Origin: Massalongia carnosa
Taxonomy: Eukaryota
Length of the DNA: 64,000 nt
Direction of reading: 5' to 3'
NCBI GenBank assembly: GCA_965645245.1
Contig: OZ287077.1
Coordinates: forward strand, 1,798,001 to 1,862,000
The position numbers and the translations under genes are program-made. Under the pieces are notes generated by a model, which had not been told where the DNA came from, did no database searches, and saw only the letters and a program-made list of their open reading frames with translations. Within the stretch, counting starts at the first letter, position 1; the number at the start of each line of letters is the position of its first letter. Shown here in pieces: positions 50,201 to 63,090 of this stretch.

Positions 50201-50745
50201 ACCCCCTTGATAAATTTCCCTCCAGCTATATACCCTTTCCACTGACTTCAACCCTTAAAACAAAAGGTCCAGGAGCTCCGCGCCCAGACGGGCAGCCAAG
50301 TCCAATGGCGACCCGCAGGTGATTCGCGGCCCAAGCATCCGAATCACCTACGAAGGTGGGGGTCGAAAAACCTGTGGTGCACCAAGCACGCAGGTGCGTG
50401 CGCCTGCTGTGGCGCTCCGTGCTGTGCGCTTGCGGGAGCTACGCGCGTGGCGGAGGATGAGCGGGCACCTGCCTGCGAAAAGGAAGTTGCCGGTGCTCTG
50501 GCTCAGACCATCACCCTCTACGTGCCGCTGGGCACAGACGAAAGCACTCTGATGGAGTGCACCAGCTGCCATCAGCTGGTGTGCCCAGAGTGCTGCAGTC
50601 TGTGCCCGATCGTAGCATGTAGCGATCGCGTTTGCCGCGGTCCGGTAAGTTTTTCTGCTTTGAAGAGTGATTATTGATTCTAATTCCTTCATTCTAGGGT
50701 TGCAATCCGGACCGGCAGTGGGAGCCGTGCGATTGGCACGAGTAG
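47251..50745 (+). CDS. Large hypothetical protein: acidic and Ser/Pro-rich disordered body plus C-terminal Cys/His-rich domain; introns 47452-47507, 48103-48163, 50197-50266, 50645-50697
   Basis: Four GT-AG introns join the ORF-track pieces in one frame; ends WCTKH...CACCGAPCC...CTSCHQLVCPECCSLCP...CSDRVCRGPGCNP...WEPCDWHE*. Start codon uncertain. Confidence 0.75.
47766..47903 (+). repeat. Coding 42-bp tandem repeat, about 3.3 copies (LEAEQDEYEQPTSD-like)
   Basis: CTAGAA/CCAGAA recurs at 47766, 47808, 47850, 47892 with CAAGATGAGTAYGAGC cores. Confidence 0.85.
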
Positions 50746-51278
50746 GGGGTTGGCCGGGTTTTGGTTACGGGGGGGAGGTTGCGGGAAGAGGAAAGGGGGA
50801 GTTGAATATAACGTTCACCAGCCGAAGAATTTCTTCGGGTTGTACTATGCTCAGCTAGTTACTTGGAATTCATTACTCCTTTCTTCGAAGGCGTTTATCC
50901 TCATATCTCACGATATGCCCTACTTCTTTCGAATCACTGAAACAGGCATCGGTCTTTTTTCGAGCTGGCAGCCATAGCTTTCTTTTAATATGTTTAGCCA
51001 TCAAAAAGGACGTTAGAAACTCCCTCAGAGCAGTTCATATTCAAGCATAGAAATTTAGGCGTAACCCTTTTTTTTTCCATAAATAGATTATAATCCTCAC
51101 TGCCATTACAAAACTGCTGCCCTGTATGATAAGAGAAACCGTCGCTTCTCCCAGCCCTATATTTAATCATGTGACCCACATTAGCCGGCCCTCTACAACC
51201 TCATCCGCATCCCAATATCAGAACTACACCATACCTTCAAAAACACAGAATCAGTCGCCCCCTCTCCTCTCGCCCAGA

Positions 51279-52071
51279 ATGCGTACATACGAAGATACCT
51301 TCAGTGGCGACAAGATCTACCCTGGCAAGGTACTCAATTTCCTTGCATTCCCTCCCCGACTCACACCCCTTTCGCAAACCCTTACCATTCATCGCTTTCT
51401 TTTTTAAAAAAGGCGAACAACCCCCCATTACGTACCAGTGATAACCGAGTCTAATGATTTGAAACGTGCCAGGGAAAACTTTACGTGCGCGGTGACAGCA
51501 AAATATTCCGATTCCAGAACGGCAAGACAGAGTCGCTCTTCCTACAGCGCAAGAACCCGCGCCGTATCGCGTGGACGACACTCTATCGCCGACAGCACAA
51601 GAAGGGTCTTTCAGAGGTGAGAGCCGCTTCTTTCCCTCCCGTCTCCATTCTGTTCCGTGCCCATCCACAAACCCCCCCTCCGCACCTCCATAACTCCGCT
51701 CCTCGAAACCTCCCGCTCCTTTCAAAATCCATCTCTCTCCCTCCAAACCAAACTTCTCTCTAACTCTCCCCTCTTCTGACTAGGAAATCGCCAAAAAACG
51801 CACCCGCCGCACCGTAAAGCAGCAGCGCGGCATCGTCGGCGCCAGCCTTGACGTGATCAAAGAGCGGCGCGCGCAAAGACCCGACCAACGTACCGAAGCG
51901 CGCCTTAAGGCCATCCGTGAAGGTAAGGAGAAGAAGGCAGCGGCCGAGAGCAAGAAGAAGGCCGAGAAGGCGAAGGCGGCGGTGAGTGTGTCGCGGGGGC
52001 AGGCTACGCGCATTCAGAGCAAGATGGGTGCAAAGGGAGCGCCGGGGAAGGTGGGAGGGAAGACCCGTTGA
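51279..52071 (+). CDS. RPL24: 60S ribosomal protein eL24; introns 51330-51472 and 51617-51783
   Basis: [52 protein letters not shown]...[15 protein letters not shown]. Confidence 0.96.
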
Positions 52072-55000
52072 TTTTTCTTTGTGGGAAGGGGAATCTTTGG
52101 GGGGGCTGGTTGGAGGAAGGAACGGGGACCGTCTGAGAGGTGGCGGGGGCATGCGGTTGCTGAGCACGCCAGAGCGGGATTTCGCGAAAGTAGAGGTTGG
52201 CCTCCGAATAATGCTGGCGCATCTCGAAGTCAGTTTTCCCGAAAGGGATGGTAAAGATTTTTTTCTCCTTTCAGTAATGCTGTGCTATGCCTTCACATCT
52301 TTGCAGGCTGACAAGAAGAAGCTCCCGCGGACCACTAACTGACTACCTAGCTACTCATCCAAACAAGGCTTTCCAACTTATCTCCTATTCTAATCACGCT
52401 CCGCGAAACGACATCTTTTAGACGAAATCTCATGTGGAAAGGAGTTCCGTTGCCCTTTTCTTTTCGCTTGGACTGAATTGCGCTGAAGTGGCTGCGATTT
52501 TGCTGTTGAGAATAGGCATATAGGTATCTGCTAGGTGTGTTTATTCATTGTTCGTTACCCGAATCTCATAAATCTAGAGCTTCCCACGCTTGAGTTTCTT
52601 GCCGGTTCAAATAGCTAGGTGCCTAGGTGCCTAATCATGAAATCATACTTTCACTCAGCAAATAATGCTTTTCCTTTCCTTCCCACGCTCCAGCTCCAAG
52701 AAACCCCCCCCCCCCTTTTCCAGAGACTCGGATAAAACGTTCATCTACACCCCTTTCAGCTTTTTCTTCACTCTGCTCTTTATGTATATAAAGCAGACTG
52801 ATGCTAGCTATTCTCATATCAGGGCACACTTCACAACTCCCTTCGCTGATGGGGATGCTGGACACTTTGGATACTCACCTAAGTCCTGAGTGATTCCCTT
52901 CTGCTTTCTTCCGAGTCATGACACTCACGCTACGGGTGGATGGGTTTCTTATGTCTGGTGCGGGCTTCTGAGAGGAAGGTATGTATGTGATTGAGGGGTG
53001 TGGAGTATGGTTTTTTGTTATCAGTGCGGTGGAGAATGATGGGTTGAGGAAGAGGGATATAGCGATCTTTCATTTCCCGAATCCCCCGTCAAGATATGTA
53101 TTAAGTTTTATTGTCCTTTGTTATCTGCCCTCGGCATATTTTATTTTACTAATGCACAAAAAGCCCTTTGCTTCAGGTTTGCCCCTACTGGTCTAGCCTT
53201 TTAAGTCCTTGTTGCTCGGTAACTATCCAATTGCCGTGTGGTTTCGTTCGTTACCATAATCATGTCAATCTGTGTTCCGGAGCATCGCTGAGTGTATTCT
53301 GACGGCTGTCGCGATTTTTACAAAGTACATCTTCACGCTTCCAACCTACCTCGAATAGACCTAAGCGTTCTATGGGAGACTCTGCATTGATCATGATAAT
53401 CGCTTCCAGGACATGGCATTTCCCGAAACTACAAGCGAGTTGGTAGGAAAGGTTATATATGCTGACAGGGTCTTAAGAAGAGCTATCCATACGGCAATTG
53501 CAAATATCTAGAGGGGAAAGCGGAGGCGAGCTACAACGTTTGTTTTTTGAGGAAACCGATGGTGTGAGAATCAAAAGGCATGTGGTCCCGTGTGAGAATT
53601 ATTTTGCTTGCGTCGAATGCCCATCTGTACCAATTTTCATAAGGGCTACACTCCCATTGCTTGGATCTGTTCGAATCTAGCGGCCACAAAGGAGAAGCCA
53701 CGTTCCGCTCACGCGTCTCGAAGGCAAAGAGCCACCAGCTTCGGTATTAGAATCCTGGCCACGAACGTTGGGTGCAGGCAGAGTTATCTCGACAGTATTT
53801 AATACGCATTGGCCAAACTACGGCTCTGAGTAAGGCCGGTCTGTCCATCATTACGGATCGATAGGCCGTATTTCCTTAGCTATTCGTCGTTCGAGGAGCT
53901 GTGCTTGTAAATTTAGCCTGATTTCTCCATTTTGGAGATGCGCGTATGTCGGGTTGTTCGAATCTTTCACCGTCCCATAGAATCGCTCCGAACGGCAACT
54001 ATACACCGTCGCTACTGAGAAAGCTAATCATATATTTGATAAAGGCATGTGTTAACAGAGGCGATATATTAGATGATCAGGCTCTAAGAAACAGAGTGTA
54101 TCTTGACCAGGTGTAGACTTCCCATTACCAAGGTCTGTATGCCGTCGTCCTGATCACCGATTTTCCTCGCCTGATCTAAGGTTCCCTCAATTGTTCGTTC
54201 TCATGGAGAAGCATTTTCTCATGTTTCTATCTGCAGAGACAAATTGCTCGTATTATATCCTTATATTGCTATGAGAGAAATTGCCAATCCTGGTTTTTCG
54301 CCACCTCGCCTCTCATCATGTGTTCACAATGACATGTTGCATTGGAAATTTATTGTCTGGTAGAGATTTTGCGATAAAATGTAGAAGTGCCGTGCCGTCT
54401 CGTTCTGAAAGTTGCTAGGTATCCAGTGGCGTTCTGATGCGCCTCGAGGAAAGACGCACCCTTTCCTTTTATCCTTACTCTATACGAGTATGATATTTAG
54501 CCCATTAAATCCCGAATCTATCATTCTATTCAGCACACAATTATACCACTAAAGTATATAAGCTGATACTAAGTGACCTAATAACTTTAGCCATTCCATC
54601 ATGTCATCTGAGCCGCGCATGTTGTTCAAGTCAGGCTTCTCGGCCGCTTTCCTGGTGTTGAGGCTATTTAGGGCTTCCTACATTTAATTAACATATGAAT
54701 GAAGTTTTCTGGATTACCGTTCTGACCTCGTAGACTCTCTTCAATCCGTTTACCTTTGCGAGGTGAGGATTAGTTATATGACGCTTACGTCTTGTGGTTA
54801 GGACTTGAGCTGGAGTCCATGTATCTAATCGATTTGTTAATTACCCTATCATAGTCCACTTGTACGAACACTAGAATCTCATTTCATCTCTTTCGCCCAT
54901 ATCCACAGCTCCGACTGCATGAATGTATGGGGTACGGAATGGCAGGATTTCAAACCCAGCTAAGCAGCCATGCAGAGTTTATTTTCCAGAGTCCGGATCT

Positions 55001-56374
55001 TGGTACGGCCCTTTATTAATGAAGAGTAGCAGTTTGACTACATTGTAAACCAGTCTTAGGAACTTTCTTGGCAAACTCGGTGTGGAGAGCAAAATCAGGA
55101 GAATGAGGCAATCTCAAGAATCAATCATATCGACATAGCCTCTCGAAAGTCGAAAGAGACGTTAGCGGAGAAGCCCCAACCTGCTAAAACCTCATGGAGG
55201 TGTTAGCATGGTCGAGAGAGCGCTTCTTTCAGGATTCCACCTTAACAACCCCGAGGAGTTGAGACGTGAAAGTTTCCGTATTCTGCATCTACCGAGAAGG
55301 TCTATGCAACTTCGACTAAGCTAGTGTCTCGTGATTGCCTGGCGTATTACAACGCTGGATTTTTTGACTAACTCAGATGCTCCGTCAAGTTCGATAGCAG
55401 CCATTAAGTGAGAAGGTCAAGCCTCTTAAGAGTGTCATAAAGATGATAATGTCTGTGTGGTTTGTCGTCATAGAGATTATACCCAAATAATATATATCAG
55501 CGGACACGTCTGCCGGTTGGTCAAGTCTAGTGTTTTGATATTTGCATGTACGAGAGAAGTACCCTCTTCAACGAAGTGACTAACTCGATTAATCTCGTTC
55601 TACATTTTCCATAGAGAACTCCATTACCGACCTGTTTGCTGATAGAATCGAGCCTGAAGCAAAATCTGGGTTTACTCATGACCAATGTTATCGTCCCTCG
55701 CCAAATAGTTTTTCTTCATCTGCTTCATATCTCTGTGCAAAAATCTCTAAGTTGCTGGCTCATCTTCGGGGTTCCCAAAAGGCGAAGGTCCCAAAAGCGC
55801 TAAGTGACATGTTATCTCTAGTTCGAATCTTCCATGTCCTAGGCTCTATGATTCTATGTATTGAAAACCCTTCGGTGGGGCTCCTATGTCGAGTTTAACC
55901 AATGACCAACGCATGATTTCAGAATATGGGACACGCAACAATTTCCATTCTAGCTCTCTTGTCTCTAGTGCACGAGTGACGGTGAGTCTACCTGAGTCTA
56001 CCAACTCATACATCTGATTGCGTCGGCTGACGCGCACGCGGATGAATCCCAGGACCCTCGGTTTTTTCCACCTATGATTCATATGCCTTCAACCTTTCAA
56101 GGACTCTTCGGCCTCAGCCCGCTAAACCCTTTTTTCTTCTCTCATCCATATATGTACCTCGGATTTCAAGAGCCCTTTCAGCCCTAGTAATCCACGCCAA
56201 GAGAACTCATTCAAGACAGAAAACCCCCAGCATATCGTGAAAAAAAAGCGCCATAAGCCTAACAACCTGAGAGAAAAGGCTCGCCGCCACGATTTGGGTG
56301 GAGGGGGGAGGACATCACCCACCCGTACGCCCATCCATCTAGGCAAATACGTACTTACTGTACCTACCTAACCA

Positions 56375-56446
56375 ACGCACGCACGCACGCATACACGCAT
56401 ACACGCATACACGCATACACGCATACACGCATACACGCATACACGC
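56375..56446 (+). repeat. (ACGC)n/(ACACGCAT)n compound microsatellite
   Basis: Read directly. Confidence 0.9.
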
Positions 56447-57684
56447 GAAGGCGAATCCCCACCAGAAAATATATCCCATAAGACAGGATTCCAGATTCTA
56501 CCTACTAAAAGATGCGGCAAACGCCCCCCTAGATGAAAGGCAAGGCAAGACCAGGGCTTCGGCAATTCGGGTACCTACTTCGCTGCTAATTTCCTCCTCC
56601 CTGTTGGTGGTCAAGGGAGAGAAAGAGGGTGGGTATATGTGTATGTATATTGCCCATTCAATCAGTTCCGGGGGTGGGCAAATCTTTAGCTTTTTATATA
56701 TAGAAGAAAAAAAACATCAACATCATTCCAACGCAGCCGACTGAACCGAACGCCTTGTGTAAGAAGGGGTTCATCATTAACAACAAAAGAAAATGTACCA
56801 AGTAGATACATACGAACCTAGTCAGACCGACGTACGGGGGGATCTCGACTAGCAAACGAATGAATGAATGAATAAGTGCAACAACGAAAGAGGAAAACAG
56901 AAAAAGCGTGCTGAAAGCGATGATATAGAGTTGGCTGTTGACTAACACGAGGGAATATATACATACATACATACCTACGTATATCCTGTTCTGCTGCACA
57001 CACAAGCGCTTCTTGAACACAACCCATACGATGGTATAATACTGGGCTTGCTCGCTGCTGCTCTTTTTTTGTCGCTTTCCAACGTCCTAACTATCTGCCT
57101 ATTTGGGGGAAAACTTGGTCGAATGGAGTTCGACGACGGTTGGGAGTTGGGAATTGGGAATGAACGTTGTGGTTGCGCGAGCTGTGCGAGTGGAGAGAAA
57201 AGGAATGGGGCGGGGTGTGGTTGGCCAAGGTGCTTGGGTAAGGGGACGATCGCGATGAGAAAATGTATTTAAAAGTTTTAAGAAAACCAGAGTGGTGAGA
57301 GGGAGGTATCTTTTAGAATGTGTCTTTGCTAGTTCGTTTATTGGACTTGCGCTGCCGAGTATTTAGTCTTGCATTAGTATGGGCTTTAAGCTCAAAATAA
57401 CCAAATATATCCACAAGACATCAGATGTTTTCGTCTTCTTTGGCGTCCAGCTTCGGACCGGTAGTGTCCCCTACAAGGCTGCGAAAAGCGAGTGTACGAA
57501 GCTTAATAAGCCAGGCCAGGTCACTCCATGGCGCAATTGGTTGGACGCAAAGAAAGATGACAGCAATCTGGGGGAATGATCAGAGCGAAAGTGAGGCTGT
57601 CGGGACTGAATCTCTGCGGCATTTCTGTTCATGGATGCTTCCCACTTCACGTTCTCGACAACAGAAGATCCTCGTGCCAAAAGA

Positions 57685-58458
57685 ATGTCTCGATCGTTTC
57701 GGTCTTTTCTTCTCCCTCTAGTATACATTCTTTCAATCTTCTCCGAACCCGCTCTCTCCGATTCCAAAGTGTCAATCTTGAGCACTGATCCGTACGAGGC
57801 ACAACGGAAATGCGTGCAGTTTTGCCTCTGGCATCCAGGAGCGACCGACGATTTGATGCCTTATATTGGATGCACATCGCCATGGCTAAATGAATGTTTG
57901 TGTCGCAGCGACCTTGCCTCATCCGCATCTTATTTCCTCACTAGCTGCGTCAACAAAGGCTGTTCGTCTGCTCCCCAAGATGTCTCGCGAGCTGTGTCGG
58001 TATACGACGAGTACTGCACACGCAACGCACCCGCAGCCAACGTGGCGACACCCACCACCAACGGTGCAGCTCCAACCGCGACCCAACTCGTTGTGACCAC
58101 TATCGTCAGTTCCTCCAACGCAGTAGGCGGTGGGTTATCTCAAGCGTCGAGTGAGTTCTGGGGCGTAATCCTCTTCGAAGCGACTATTTGCTTGATGTTC
58201 GTCCGCCAACTCCTGAGCTAACCGCGGGGGCCTGGACCAGTAATTATCGCGCAACCGACGACCGCGCAATCGGGAGTTTCCAAAGGCATCTTTACTCTCT
58301 ACTCGACAGCGACAGCGAGTCCAACCGGTGGTAGCACTTCAGGGGGTGGAGGGGGCGGATTGAGTCAATCGGACAAGATCGCCCTTGGAGTTGGTCTAGG
58401 AGTCGGTCTTACTTCGATCATCATCGCGATAGCGACCTGTATGAAGATGAAAACGTGA
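57685..58458 (+). CDS. Secreted/surface protein with 8-Cys CFEM-like domain, Thr/Ser stalk and C-terminal TM helix; intron 58151-58240
   Basis: Hydrophobic leader SFLLPLVYILSIFSEPALS; C-x3-C-x15-C-x7-CxC-x14-C-x4-C-x17-C; GTGAGT...GCTAAC...CAG intron leads to GLSQSDKIALGVGLGVGLTSIIIAIATC. Confidence 0.8.
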
Positions 58459-58820
58459 GCATCTTTGATCACGGCATTGGGGGAACATAATTGGGAGGCT
58501 GGCTGTTCTCGATAAAGTTGACTTTGGCGAAGCAACACACACTACCATCCGATAAACGTCTCTTTTACTAAATAATGCCACGTTTGAACGAAAGAACCCC
58601 GAGTAGCTGGGAGAAGGAGATATACAAGGAGGCATTCAAGTCTCTGGGTGGGAAGTCAGAAGAAGAGAAGAGCTGACGAACTCTGACCATGACGTCATCT
58701 GACACGTCTTCAACCTCCTCTTATCTCACAGTTCACTTTCTTACTTCTTCGCTCGTATCAAGCGATAATCAAACGATGTATAATCCTCATATCTAACACT
58801 ATTGTTTCCTCGAAAAAAGA

Positions 58821-58829
58821 TATATAAAA
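58821..58829 (+). promoter_or_regulatory. TATA box upstream of reductase gene
   Basis: TATATAAAA about 200 bp before ATG 59030. Confidence 0.45.
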
Positions 58830-59029
58830 GGCTGGTCGAGTTCTCCTGTGCAATTTCAATAGGAGAACATAGGAGAACATAGCTGGATAGGATTCTTCTA
58901 CAAATCTACATACCCCATTCCCAAGGGCTTACTTGTTCAAATCCCGCCCTGAAACCCAACCTGTTTTTCTATTTGTTGTATATTTTTCCGACCTTCACAC
59001 TGCATTTCTTTCCCTCCCTCGTCACAACT

Positions 59030-60587
59030 ATGTCTCCCCCCCCAAGTAACGGCAAGACCGTCCTCGTCTCGGGCATCAATGGCTAGTAAAACTTTCTCTT
59101 CCTGGTGCCTGTCACTTCCAAGCCATTGATCGTTTCCAGCATTGCGTCGGTGATTGGACTGGACCTGTTGAAGAAGGGCTATACGCTTCGAGGAACCCTG
59201 CGGAATGAGAAGAATGCCACCGCCCTGACGAATGGCGCCTACAAGGATTTCCAGGGGCGAGTGGAGTTGCAGATAGTGTCCGATATGACTGCTGATGGTG
59301 CCTTTGATGAGGCTGTCAAAGGTTCGGTTTTTTGCCTCGAACTGTTCTCTTTCTCCTCCAATACAAACTCCTATTTAAGCCATCACCTATGTTTGTTGCC
59401 CTGAGCTTGTTTGAGCCTTCTGCCATCTTGCTTTTCACAATTAAACATCTCCAAAACTTCATATGTATTTCCCGATTTCTCCATAACGCAATCCTCGATC
59501 TATATCCTTTGCTGCAGCAAAGAGCTATGCTTTTCAGTCACTCATTCATTATACTCCCCCAGCCTCCCTCGTGCACCCCCTTCAACCCAATCCCTCCATA
59601 AAAGCCCCCTCGCTAAAACTCGGGCGCGCGCCTGCCTCAACCCAGGCGTCACGGCAGTGATCCACACCGCCTCGCCAATCAGCTACAAACTGACGACATG
59701 GGACGAGGTCGTGGTCCCCGCGATCCAAGGAAGTCTCAGCATCCTCCACTCCGCCTACAAGCACGCCGGCCCCCAACTCGAATCGTTCGTCGTGACCTCT
59801 TCCGTGGCCGCCATGTTCGACCCCTCCAACCCGTCGCACGAGTTCACGGAAGCGGACTGGAACGAATGGGCCGAGCCCCGCGCGCGCGAGTCCGGCGACG
59901 TCAGGGCCATGTACCCCGCGTCCAAAACTCTCGCCGAAAAGGCCATTTGGCAGTTCCGCGACGAGAAGAAAGTCCGTCACCATCTATCTCCCTTACTCCC
60001 CTGACCCTACACCGTTTTCGCTCCAATCCCAATCCCAACCCCCCTAATCTCTCTTTCCTCCACAGCCGCCCTTCTCCATCTCGTCCGTCCTCCCCGGCGT
60101 CGTGACCGGCCCACCGGTCCAGCCCCCACCCGACCCCTCCGCCCTAAACATCACCCTCGAGCCCATCTGGACCATCCTCCACGGCCAGCAAGGCCCCATG
60201 CCCAGCCCGATCGGCACCGGCTCGTACATCGACGTCCGCGACGTCTCCGCCATGCACGTGTGGTGCGCCGAACACCCCGCCGCCGCCGCCGGCCAGCGCT
60301 ACCTCCTCAGCAACGGCCGCGCCACCCCGCAAGCCGTCGCCGACCTGCTGCGCCGATCGTCGGCCGCGCTGCCGCCGGGCCGCCGGGCCGCCATCCCGGT
60401 GGGCACCCCCGGGGCGGGCTACGAGCCCGGGTATGGCTGGCCGGACGGGTGGGGCGGGTTGCGGAGCGAGAAGGCGAGGCGGGCGCTGGGGGTGCGGGCG
60501 TTTGTGGGGTTCGAGAAGAGCGTGTTGGATACGGTGGAGGTGTTTGAGCGCGTTTATGGGAGGTATTTGGAAGGGGCAAAGGCGTGA
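59030..60587 (+). CDS. NAD(P)-dependent epimerase/dehydratase-family aldehyde/carbonyl reductase (Gre2/Ari1-like); introns 59086-59139, 59322-59645, 59972-60065
   Basis: VLVSGINGY|IA, AFDEAVKG|VTAVIHTASP, VVTSSVAA, YPASKTLAEKAIW, YIDVRDVS. Confidence 0.9.
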
Positions 60588-61180
60588 GGGGATTGATTAG
60601 ATTGATGGTTTTTTGTTTTTTTGGGGGGGGGGGATGATTTTGGGATAGGGGAGAAGTTTCGCTTAGAAGTAGGTAGGGACTAATTAGTTTTGCGTTCATT
60701 TCTATCTATTCTATCTATGTACCTATCTGCTGCAATCACATAGACTACAATCAACCAACCATGCCGGAATTGTACCTTACGCTACACCTTCCCCCCCCCA
60801 CCCATGATGGTTGTGAAATGTCCAAAAAAAAAATACTACAATTATATAAGGTGCGGAGTTGTCATAATGTCGGGTACCAGTCGAGTCCGGTAGGGAAATT
60901 GATTAGGGGTTGGGGAGGCATATTACGTCAGTCAGCAAGGAAGACCGGAATGTGAAGAGTTATGGGAGATGATTTAATGCGGTGGTTTATTCTTGGGTAT
61001 GTATGGGTATTCAACAAGGAAAATCGATGGGACTTGTCGGGAGAAAGTCTAGCCCTCGCTGAAAATGAAAACAGAAGGGGGGGGAAAAGAAAGGAAAAAA
61101 AAACACACCCGCTTCCCCTCCTCGAGCCAAAGAGAATAGACGTTACGCCCCCCTACACGGGCCTCCTCCCATTCATGCTC

Positions 61181-62402
61181 TCACGCCTTGATGTAATCCC
61201 CCCCCGACACCGTCGGCACGGCCTTCTCCACCATGTACGTCCGGCTTTTCATCGCCCACACCATCAAGCTCGGGACGCGCCACCCCATGACCATGCCCAC
61301 TCCTCCCTTGGGCCCGATCGGTATCATCTGCGTCTCCTTCATTGCCTTGTACACCCCCTGCTTGAGCCCCGCGGAGTGCGACGTGCCGGCCAGGTCGATC
61401 AGGATGGAGCTGCAGAGCGGGCGGACGGAGTAGAGAATATCGATGACGCCGCCCGCCGAATACGAGGCTACGTCGCCGACGGCGTAGACGGCCGGGGTGG
61501 GTCCGCGCAGGGTTTTGGGGTCGGTACGCACGTAGCCGCGGTCCGTCAGCCAGGAGGCAGGAAGGAAGGCGGAGTTTGGGCGGGCGCCGGTGGCGTCGAT
61601 GTAGACGTCGACGGTGCGCGTGGAGTTGTCCGAGAGCGTCAGGGTGGTTTGCGAGCCCGAGGGCGTGGCGGAGATGACTCGTAGGTTATGGATGGTTTTT
61701 ACGTGGAGGTTGGCCAGCTTGGATTCCGCGGCCGCCCCGACGGAAGAGGGCATGCGGGGGATGAGCCGCTTGTTGCCGGAGAGAATGGTGGTTTGGGCTT
61801 TCGGGTACAGCGAGCCGATTTCGCCTCGAGGGCGATTAGCCTCGTTGATGTTTCCAACAGGGAAACGAACGATACATACCCGCTGTTTCGGTGCCGGCAG
61901 GGCCACCGCCCGCGATGAGAATGGTGGCGGCGGATGGAAGGGTTTTGTGGAGGGTTTTGATGGCATCTATCGATGCTTCGTGGGTGCCGTGTAGCGACCA
62001 TAGCGGGGAGACGGAGGTGGTGCCGGTTGCTACGATCAGGGTGGAGTAGGTGACCGAGGTGGTGGTCGAGGGCGCGAGGGGGTGGATGGTCACCGTCTTC
62101 CGCTCTTCGTCCACCCCGGTGGCGGAGCCCAGAAGCAGAGTGAATCGATCAGCAGGGTAGTCTTTGAAGCCATCGGCAATGGGAATGAAAGTTTTGGACA
62201 GCGGGATGAGATCCGGGCTGACTAGGCTACGCGGAGCGCTGATCTTCCAGAAGAAGTGCGTCGAGGTCGAGAGTAGCGTCAGTTTATAGGTGGTGGATTT
62301 GTCCTTGGCTTCCAAGGCGGGGATGGTGTGTTTGAGGAGGTAGTGAGCCGTACTGATGCCAGCAAAGCTACTTCCCAGAATCACAATGTCATGGACGGTC
62401 AT
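61181..62402 (-). CDS. AIF/AMID-like pyridine nucleotide-disulfide oxidoreductase; intron 61879-61825
   Basis: IVILGSSFAG, YSTLIVATG, ILIAGGGPAGTETAG|EI, DATGARPN, VYAVGDVA. Confidence 0.9.
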
Positions 62403-63090
62403 TGTGTGGAGTGAATATCGACCTGATGAAGAAGCAACGCGGGAAGGGAGCGGAGGGCCAACAGGACAGGCGTGAAGAGACGATGGCTAGTTGGATGAAC
62501 GGTGGATGGGGAGTAAATGAGGAAGAGATGAGCAAACGGATTGGGTGTTTGGGGTACTTATTGATTCCTGAGTCTGTGTCTTGGACTCTGTTCTGGAGTA
62601 TGGAGTACGGAGTATGTACTTTCTGTACAGTAATCAAACGAGCTAGCGAATACGGCATCGAGGGATGATCGAGGGATGAAGCATTGTATGCTTGGTCATC
62701 ATCACGTAAAACGCTGGAAATCTCTACAGAGTGCGATTCCGTTGATTCCGTTAGGGCTAAACGGTGAAATGGTGATAAAGTGGAATCGCTAGTTCCCACA
62801 TCCCCCCCTGTCACACATCTGATTGCGGTTAAACCCTCCTTTCACGGACCTTACTCGACTTTACCCCATTCGGCCGTTCTCAGTCATCCACCCCAACCCT
62901 TCGGCTTGCCACTCCAGTCTTCGGCGCGAACATAAAGCCGAAACATCAAATCCTCCTTTACAACGGTAATCGTCGGCCTCGCTTAGCTGCCTCTAGTCGG
63001 GAGCTTCTATACCTCAGACGTTTTCTATTTTTCATACCACGTAGCTCCCGCAACACCATTAGTCAGCCCCATTTGCTTACTTACATCACC

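Noticed and set aside
53660..55835. GTTCGAATC T-loop-like motifs (~53669, 53957, 55821) suggesting tRNA genes
   Set aside because: No acceptor, D or anticodon stems around them
56808..56870. ACATACGA start resembling fungal 5S rRNA
   Set aside because: Similarity does not extend; internal conserved 5S boxes are absent
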